The notes below the pieces were generated by a model. The model did not search any database and was not told the DNA's origin. It was given only the letters and a program-made list of their open reading frames with translations. 27,673 bases of DNA from Pseudobdellovibrionaceae bacterium (lineage in GTDB: Bacteria > Bdellovibrionota > Bdellovibrionia > Bdellovibrionales > Bdellovibrionaceae): contig JBIKLL010000030.1 in assembly GCA_044359815.1 (NCBI GenBank), positions 1 to 27,673 of the forward strand, given 5' to 3'. The translations under genes and the position numbers were made by a program. Shown here piece by piece: positions 18,346-24,455 of the stretch (position 1 is the first letter of the stretch; every line of letters begins with the position of its first letter).

Positions 18346-18921
18346 TTAACCCGATGAAAACTCTTTTAACAAAATACCTTTGCTGATCAGCACCCTTGCC
18401 ATTTGTCGGTGGGTGCCCAAGCCTTCCCATTGATTGATTTGCAGATAATCTTTTAAATTTAAAAAATATTTAAACGAGTTCACAATCCTAGTGTAAGGGC
18501 GGTAGTCCCAAAATTTCAGTCTTGGAGCGCCTGCATTGGTCCATCGGCTGACCCCTGTGATTCTGATTGCGATGGCCGCAGTCAATGCCCTGATAAAGGG
18601 TTTGTACAGATGGCGTTTGGTAACCTGCAATTGAAAATGCAAATGATTACCGACGTTTGCCAATGAAACAATTCTAACTGCGAATCTTTGCCCAAATTTT
18701 TGAGCCAATTGATAAATCATTTTTTCGTTCTGTGATTTTCTGAATGACCAGGGGCCGCTGGCTTTGCTGGATCGCAATACCAGATGCATGGTGTGTTTGG
18801 TGCTGATGGGACGACCGTAACTGCGCCCTTTTCTTTTCGTCATAAGACTTCCACCATAGCCACCGGCTAAGGTGGAGAATTCTTTGTGGGACAGAGAATG
18901 TTGATGTGATGAGCGCTTCAT
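18346..18921 (-). CDS. HUH (Y1) nuclease of the IS200/RAYT-like transposase family
   Basis: MHLVLRS, NVGNHLHF (HUH), FW..RPY.RIV, and LKDYLQIN (catalytic Tyr in a Y-x-x-x-N helix). No tnpB next to it. Confidence 0.8.
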   Translation of the reverse strand: MKRSSHQHSLSHKEFSTLAGGYGGSLMTKRKGRSYGRPISTKHTMHLVLRSSKASGPWSFRKSQNEKMIYQLAQKFGQRFAVRIVSLANVGNHLHFQLQVTKRHLYKPFIRALTAAIAIRITGVSRWTNAGAPRLKFWDYRPYTRIVNSFKYFLNLKDYLQINQWEGLGTHRQMARVLISKGILLKEFSSG

Positions 18922-19028
18922 TTTTAGCAACGACCCTTTCGTTTGGTCATAAGGCTTCCACCATAGCCACCAGCTAAGGTTGAAAATTCTTTGTGGGACA
19001 GAGAATGTTGATGTGATTGGCGCTTCAT
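18824..19028. repeat. Tandem direct duplication (98-bp units, period 107) of the 5' end of the HUH gene
   Basis: 18824-18921 versus 18931-19028, 10 nucleotide differences. Confidence 0.95.
18924..19028 (-). CDS. 34-aa minicistron or gene fragment, near-identical to the HUH protein N-terminus
   Basis: MKRQSHQHSLSHKEFSTLAGGYGGSLMTKRKGRC-stop; its TAA lies 2 nt before the ATG of the HUH gene. Confidence 0.5.
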   Translation of the reverse strand: MKRQSHQHSLSHKEFSTLAGGYGGSLMTKRKGRC

Positions 19029-19037
19029 ATGTGAGCG

Positions 19038-19066
19038 AAGGTATAAAATAAGAGTCGTTTGGTCAA
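19038..19066 (-). promoter_or_regulatory. Putative sigma70 promoter of the minicistron-HUH unit
   Basis: TTGACC-N17-TACCTT, ending 9 nt before the ATG at 19028 (near-leaderless). Confidence 0.45.
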
Positions 19067-19383
19067 TAAAAAAGTCTTTAAAGTAATTAAAAACTTCAGT
19101 TATATGGCGCAATCCAGCTGATTGATGCGAACTAAGAATCTGTAAAGCATTGATTGATTGTCAGGTATTGGGTGTGAACCAACCGAACGCCATAGGTCCA
19201 AAGGTTGGCAGTTCTATCATTCAGAGAATCAAAAATTGTTAGGAATATGAGTTAGTCGCCGAAACTAGAAAATTTGGAAATTTGGAAATCAAAGAGAATC
19301 AAAGTTTTAGGGATTTGTATGAATCAAAGTAGCCTGAGGTTTTAAGGAATTTTTTCGTGATTGCAGAAGATGATGTTTTTCGA

Positions 19384-20334
19384 TTAATACTTCTGTTGCA
19401 TCAAAGTAACAGAATCGTTGAACTGTATCAAAAGCGGATCTGTCAACTCAACATAATCAGAACCGGCTTCACCCCCAGTACTATCAAATACCGCCAAGAC
19501 TGGGTCGGGGACAGCACTGTAAGGCTTTAATTGCGAAACAACTTTGCGTTTTACCAATTCAGAAGATCGATCTATTGGTTGCGTCGACGTCCATTGCAGC
19601 ATTCGATTTTTATATTTATAAGGAATTTCTGACATTACAAAAGACTGAACGTTTTCTCCAGTCATCTCTAATGTAACTGGATCTAACTCTATTACCGTGA
19701 ACCCGCGAAAGTCAAATTTGCCTATCATATTATCGTTCAAATCAAAAATAATCTCGGCAGCAAATCGATTTTCTTGAAAATCAATAATTTTATAAATCAA
19801 TCGGGCTTCGACCTTATCGCCGTCACGATCTGAATCAATAGTATCTGGCACCTCAATTTTTAGCTCGTCACAAAATCTTGAACCGTCCATTTTTTTAAAT
19901 GTTTCTGGATCTGGATTTTCAGGTGAACCAGGGGCTGGATTGTCTGAACCGGTATACTTATTATCTGACTTTAAAAAATTGAAGACGGTTCTCGGTTGAT
20001 AAGCATAATTATCCTTTTTCATACGATCGTGATAGTTTTCATTCACCCATCCGTAAGCCAAACCGCGTAAATACAATCGATCTCCATTTTTTAGTTTTGA
20101 TTTCATTGTTTGAACAGCTAAGTCATAGTTCCTAAATGGGGTTAGATTTTTACAATTATTTTTTAGAGCATCGACACTCAAATTAGATGTCGGAGGATCG
20201 AACTCTGATTTGGATGACAGAGCATTTGAAGTTAGATTTTCATTTTCGTTAATGGTGGGTGAACAATTTTGAAAAGCGAAAATTAAGACAGCAACGCTAA
20301 TTAAGGTGAACAGGTGTTTCAATCCATACCCCAT
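19384..20334 (-). CDS. Hypothetical lipoprotein with FQNC signal
   Basis: Hydrophobic N-terminus ending AFQNCS; 316-aa ORF with no recognised domain. Confidence 0.8.
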   Translation of the reverse strand: MGYGLKHLFTLISVAVLIFAFQNCSPTINENENLTSNALSSKSEFDPPTSNLSVDALKNNCKNLTPFRNYDLAVQTMKSKLKNGDRLYLRGLAYGWVNENYHDRMKKDNYAYQPRTVFNFLKSDNKYTGSDNPAPGSPENPDPETFKKMDGSRFCDELKIEVPDTIDSDRDGDKVEARLIYKIIDFQENRFAAEIIFDLNDNMIGKFDFRGFTVIELDPVTLEMTGENVQSFVMSEIPYKYKNRMLQWTSTQPIDRSSELVKRKVVSQLKPYSAVPDPVLAVFDSTGGEAGSDYVELTDPLLIQFNDSVTLMQQKY

Positions 20335-20363
20335 TAAAGTGAATTAATGAAACCACACCTGTC

Positions 20364-20391
20364 TTATCGGATTGCTGATCGATATTCTTTA
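20364..20391 (-). promoter_or_regulatory. Putative sigma28 (FliA) promoter
   Basis: TAAA-N16-TCCGATAA, 30 nt before the ATG; same geometry as the spoVG promoter. Confidence 0.6.
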
Positions 20392-20438
20392 GTAAACGTC
20401 GTTAGGCAAATTAGCGAATCAAAACAAGTGAAGACTCC

Positions 20439-20485
20439 AAAAAAAAGTCCCACCTAACATTCTTCCGTAATCATTAGATGGGTAC
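20439..20485 (-). terminator. Intrinsic terminator downstream of the riboswitch
   Basis: Minus-strand stem CCCAUCUAAU/GUUAGGUGGG (two G-U pairs), followed by AC and U8. Confidence 0.75.
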
Positions 20486-20565
20486 TAAGGGGAATGAAAC
20501 CTGTAATTTTTTAAATTCTTTCTTTCCATATGCGCATATCCCAAAAGGTAATAATGCGTTTCCGT

Positions 20566-20659
20566 TTCCTCTGGTAACTGGCTGGCATCGGTCAAAGACC
20601 GGAAGCCCCTTTAGCTTTGCGTCCCCGCGTTTCCACGAGTTAGCCCTTGGCAACAGGAA
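20566..20659 (-). ncRNA. Cyclic di-GMP-I (GEMM-I) riboswitch aptamer
   Basis: Minus strand: UUCCUGUUGCCAAGGGCUAACUCGUGGAAACGCGGGGACGCAAAGCUAAAGGGGCUUCCGGUCUUUGACCGAUGCCAGCCAGUUACCAGAGGAA. It has a GAAA-capped P2, GGACGCAAAGC, CAGCCAGUUACC and P1 UUCCU/AGGAA. Confidence 0.88.
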
Positions 20660-20830
20660 GAAAGAAACTACATGTAAACTTCGGGCCTCCTTTGTTTGTT
20701 GATTTTCAGAATATCAAAGTGTGGAACTTTTAGCTAGACCAAGGCCCAAAGCATTTCATGTTCATACGATTTCGTGTCTCAAAATCAGAAAACTGTGCAA
20801 TTTCGATCCACATTTTGGTTTGATATATAA

Positions 20831-21253
20831 ATGATGTCTGTTTCAAAAAGCGAAAGCCGTTTGACCCGAAAATTCTCGCACAGGTTAAGGGTGCTGTTGT
20901 CCTACAAGTTTTTTTGGATACTTACCATTGCTGGGTTTTTTATTATGTGTGCTGGGGCTGTCACAATTTTTTTATTAGAAAATCACCACCAAGCCGAGCT
21001 TCAATTTATCGATTACGTTGTTTGGGTCATTGGAATCGTAACAACTGTTGGATACGGTGAAATCCAAATCAAAACCGTTATGGGGAAATTTATTGTCAGC
21101 GGCTTAATGCTGTTTGGATCGCTGTATTTATGGTCTTACATGGCTTTTCTGGTTACAGCCTTGGTCGAACCTGAAATCAATAAAATCAGCAAAGATGTCG
21201 ATCTCATCGAACATGATTTGGAAACAGTCAAAGAACAGCTGGATCGCAAATAA
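20831..21253 (+). CDS. Minimal 2-TM potassium channel family protein (KcsA-like)
   Basis: TM1, pore helix, TTVGYGE filter, GK, TM2, short coiled-coil tail. Confidence 0.88.
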   Translation: MMSVSKSESRLTRKFSHRLRVLLSYKFFWILTIAGFFIMCAGAVTIFLLENHHQAELQFIDYVVWVIGIVTTVGYGEIQIKTVMGKFIVSGLMLFGSLYLWSYMAFLVTALVEPEINKISKDVDLIEHDLETVKEQLDRK

Positions 21254-21329
21254 TCAAAATCAGCAAAGACGTCGATCTCATCGAACATGATTTAGAAATA
21301 GTCAAAGAACAGCAGGGTCGCAAATAATC
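21182..21329. repeat. Tandem duplication (2 x 74 bp) of the K+ channel 3' end
   Basis: 21182-21255 versus 21256-21329, 5 mismatches. Confidence 0.95.
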
Positions 21330-21494
21330 ACAAAAATGGCGAGGAAATGTCAGGCGATTTCAACACCATATCAAAACTGAACATCAGTTACTCGTTTTAG
21401 GGCCCTTTGACAGTATCTTAACCTTAAAACTGCCTTAATTTGAATCAAGCTGGCTTTCGGGTTGCAATGCTTAGGTGTAGCCAATCGGGGGGCT

Positions 21495-22502
21495 ATGCGT
21501 ATCAGTTTGAAACACTTAAAACTCAATGAAAATTCAGCGTGGGTGATCGCTCACATGCTGATGATGATATTGTGTTTTCAAAATTGTGCTGAGGGTGATT
21601 TGAATTCTTCCATCGAAGACGCCATCAATACTGACAATATGCTGGATTTAGGAAGCCTTAGTGATCTCACATTGGCATCTGCAAATCCAACAACCACAAC
21701 AACAACCATCAACAGTCTGCCTACGGATCCTACTTTGTTGATCCCGCTGCTGAACAAAGAATGCAATGATATCATTGTTGCCAAAGATCAGATGATTGCA
21801 GAATTCGCTGCCAGGCGCTCCAGTTTTACATACATAAACGGGGCGGTCACTGGCTCTGGATCAAGAAATTTCAGTAATTCAAATATCAGTTCGATTTTCA
21901 ATTTAGGCGCTGACTCGTTGATCGACGCCTGGGAAATTTCACCTTTGCCAATCAGCTCTGTGGTTGGAAACACAACTTTTGTTCCACCCTCTAGCCGTGT
22001 TCGAATTTTAAATATGTCGCGCATCACTTCTGTTTTTAGCAATCCTGCAGAATCGATTCCAGAAAACAGATTTATTTTTTCAGGGCGTGGTAACACGGAT
22101 CCCACAGGCGTCAATGGATCATGGGTGAATCAGATATATTCAAATGATCGTGATATCTGGGTTTATAATTCCTACATCGCCATGATTGATAATTCCAAGG
22201 TCAAATTGCATTCAGTTAACGTCTTGAACTTTACGGCCACTCGAGGAACCACTTACAATGCGGGAACAGTTTGTTCCTCAAGCATCACAGGTATGGCCGG
22301 AGTCCCTGGCGGAAATTTTGTTTCTTCAACCATTGATGCCATCAGCGGAGTTAACTCAGGTGTGTTTAATTTAGTTGATACCAATGTGAACACAATTTCA
22401 AATATCGGTCCAGGTGTTACAATCAATTGTTATGGTCGATCCATCATTCGCTCTCAATTGCAGGTATCAGCCACATTGAATAACTGCCCAGCAGGTCCAT
22501 AG
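21495..22502 (+). CDS. Hypothetical lipoprotein with FQNC signal, Ser/Asn/Ile-rich and possibly beta-solenoid
   Basis: ILCFQNCAE, poly-Thr linker, recurring S/T-x-I-x-x-I units. Start placed at the ATG behind a G-run. Confidence 0.75.
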   Translation: MRISLKHLKLNENSAWVIAHMLMMILCFQNCAEGDLNSSIEDAINTDNMLDLGSLSDLTLASANPTTTTTTINSLPTDPTLLIPLLNKECNDIIVAKDQMIAEFAARRSSFTYINGAVTGSGSRNFSNSNISSIFNLGADSLIDAWEISPLPISSVVGNTTFVPPSSRVRILNMSRITSVFSNPAESIPENRFIFSGRGNTDPTGVNGSWVNQIYSNDRDIWVYNSYIAMIDNSKVKLHSVNVLNFTATRGTTYNAGTVCSSSITGMAGVPGGNFVSSTIDAISGVNSGVFNLVDTNVNTISNIGPGVTINCYGRSIIRSQLQVSATLNNCPAGP

Positions 22503-22531
22503 ACTGCAAAAAAATCACCTGAATCTAGAAT

Positions 22532-22963
22532 TTAAGGACCGGTTTTAAAAGGATTTACAATGGGGTGCAGAGGTTCTTTGTAATCAGGTTTACTGACGCC
22601 TCGGTGGCACATATAGCAATCAGCTTTTGGACCGCTTTTGCCATCCATACCGCTATCAATCAGAATCTGAGTCAGCTTCATGTGTTCTCTGGCGACTTTA
22701 AACAGGGGTTTGTCGTCTTTCTTAAAATCTTCTGTGCTATGACAGTAGGTGCAAGTGATCCCCAGTTGTCTTGAGATAACTATCATTGATTCGCGGATCT
22801 GATCTTCGTTGGATTTGATTTTTTTGGCAGTCTGAGCATGGCCTTCTTGCGCAACGAGCAAAAGCATCACAATGATAAAGGGGACTGCAACAATACTAAG
22901 CAAGCTAAATAGGATATTCAGTCTGCGCCATTTCAGAATGAATTTTTGCTTTAAAAAACGAAT
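22532..22963 (-). CDS. Secreted diheme c-type cytochrome resembling half of the reaction-centre cytochrome c (PufC-like) fold
   Basis: M..ISRQLGITCTYCH, AREHMKLT, CYMCHRG..KP; signal peptide ending GHA. Start is either ATT 22963 or TTG 22903. Confidence 0.82.
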   Translation of the reverse strand: MRFLKQKFILKWRRLNILFSLLSIVAVPFIIVMLLLVAQEGHAQTAKKIKSNEDQIRESMIVISRQLGITCTYCHSTEDFKKDDKPLFKVAREHMKLTQILIDSGMDGKSGPKADCYMCHRGVSKPDYKEPLHPIVNPFKTGP

Positions 22964-22982
22964 GCAGTCCTCCTACCTAAAT

Positions 22983-23009
22983 TAATCGGCAAATGGGTAT
23001 TTTTTTTGA
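22983..23009 (-). promoter_or_regulatory. Putative sigma28 (FliA) promoter
   Basis: TCAA-N15-GCCGATTA followed by AGGAGG. Confidence 0.6.
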
Positions 23010-23070
23010 CTAGATTCAACAAATTAGCTACGAATTTTAAATCTAAAAACTAACGAAAGGCTGGCAAGCT

Positions 23071-24423
23071 GTGGCAGCACCCACTACAATTAGGAAGCTC
23101 AAAGATTTATCGACCTTAGTATCCCTCAGCAAAAGGCGGGGTTTTGTTTTTCAAAGTTCAGAAATTTACGGTGGCCTAGGCTCTTGTTGGGACTATGGCC
23201 CATTGGGCTCGATCATGAAATACAACGTCAAAATGGCGTGGTGGAAGGACATGACCCGCAGATCTGATGTCTGCGGAATTGATGCTGCGATTTTAATGGC
23301 ACCAATGGTTTGGAAGGCCTCTGGGCACGTCGATGGATTTTCGGATCCCTTGGTGGATTGCAAGGATTGTAAAACCAGGTTCAGATCAGACAACACTGAA
23401 AGCTATCTCAAGGATAAAAAATGCCCTAACTGTGGTTCTAAAAATTTATCAGAACCTCGACAGTTTAATTTGATGTTTAAGACTCACATGGGACCGGTTG
23501 AGGATACAGGTTCCGTGGTGTATCTGCGACCAGAAACCGCTCAGGGTATTTTCGTCAATTTCTTAAACTGCCAAACCACAACCAGATACAAAATCCCATT
23601 TGGTATTGCGCAGATTGGAAAATCATTTCGTAACGAAATCACTCCTGGAAATTTTATTTTCAGAACTCGCGAATTTGAACAGATGGAAATGCAGTATTTT
23701 GTAAAACCTGGCCAGGACGAACAGGCCTTCGAAAACTGGAAAAAAATCCGTATGGATTTTTACAGCCGATTTGGAATTTCTAAAGACAATCTGCGATTTC
23801 ATCCTCATGGTCCCACAGAACTGGCCCATTATGCAAAAGCCGCATTTGACGTTCAGTATTTGTTTCCTATGGGTTGGAGCGAGCTTGAGGGCATTCACAA
23901 CCGCTCTGATTTTGATTTAACTCAGCATATGAAATTTTCTGGCAAATCCTTGGAATATTTTGACGAAGCCGCCAAGGAAAAATTTGTTCCCTATGTGATT
24001 GAAACCGCCGTAGGCTGTGACCGATTATTTTTGGCATTTATGTGTGATGCTTACCGTGAAGAAGTCACTGTGGATGAAAAGGGCAGCGAAGACGTTCGCG
24101 TGGTTCTGGGTTTGCATCCATCCATTTCGCCAATTAAAGCTTGCGTACTGCCACTGTCAAAAAAGGAAGAACTGACCTCAGTGGCCGAAAAAATCCATGC
24201 TGATTTGGCCCTGGATTGGGATTCCGAATACGACGAAAGCGGTTCCATTGGTAAAAGGTACCGACGCCAGGATGAGATCGGAACTCCCTTTTGTGTGACT
24301 GTGGATTTTGAAACTCAAAACGATCAGTCGGTCACAGTCAGGCATCGTGACAAGATGACCCAAGACCGAGTGAACTTAAGCCAATTGAAAACCTACATTT
24401 TTGAAAAACTTAGAAATTTTTAA
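23071..24423 (+). CDS. glyQS: Glycine--tRNA ligase, alpha2 (homodimeric) type
   Basis: [62 protein letters not shown] start. Confidence 0.97.
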   Translation: MAAPTTIRKLKDLSTLVSLSKRRGFVFQSSEIYGGLGSCWDYGPLGSIMKYNVKMAWWKDMTRRSDVCGIDAAILMAPMVWKASGHVDGFSDPLVDCKDCKTRFRSDNTESYLKDKKCPNCGSKNLSEPRQFNLMFKTHMGPVEDTGSVVYLRPETAQGIFVNFLNCQTTTRYKIPFGIAQIGKSFRNEITPGNFIFRTREFEQMEMQYFVKPGQDEQAFENWKKIRMDFYSRFGISKDNLRFHPHGPTELAHYAKAAFDVQYLFPMGWSELEGIHNRSDFDLTQHMKFSGKSLEYFDEAAKEKFVPYVIETAVGCDRLFLAFMCDAYREEVTVDEKGSEDVRVVLGLHPSISPIKACVLPLSKKEELTSVAEKIHADLALDWDSEYDESGSIGKRYRRQDEIGTPFCVTVDFETQNDQSVTVRHRDKMTQDRVNLSQLKTYIFEKLRNF

Positions 24424-24455
24424 GGATCTTTTTTTCAAGCAAAGGAAACCAATCA

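Noticed and set aside
19130..19345. Recurring GAATCAAA / GAAATTTG words and a weak CCAACC/GGTTGG stem
   Set aside because: Short, irregularly spaced and AT-rich; not enough to call an array or RNA.
20478..20702. 74-aa + strand ORF
   Set aside because: It lies antisense to the riboswitch and terminator and has no protein-like features.
18824..21329. Diversity-generating retroelement TR/VR pairs for the two duplications
   Set aside because: Mismatches are not adenine-specific and no reverse transcriptase is present in the window.
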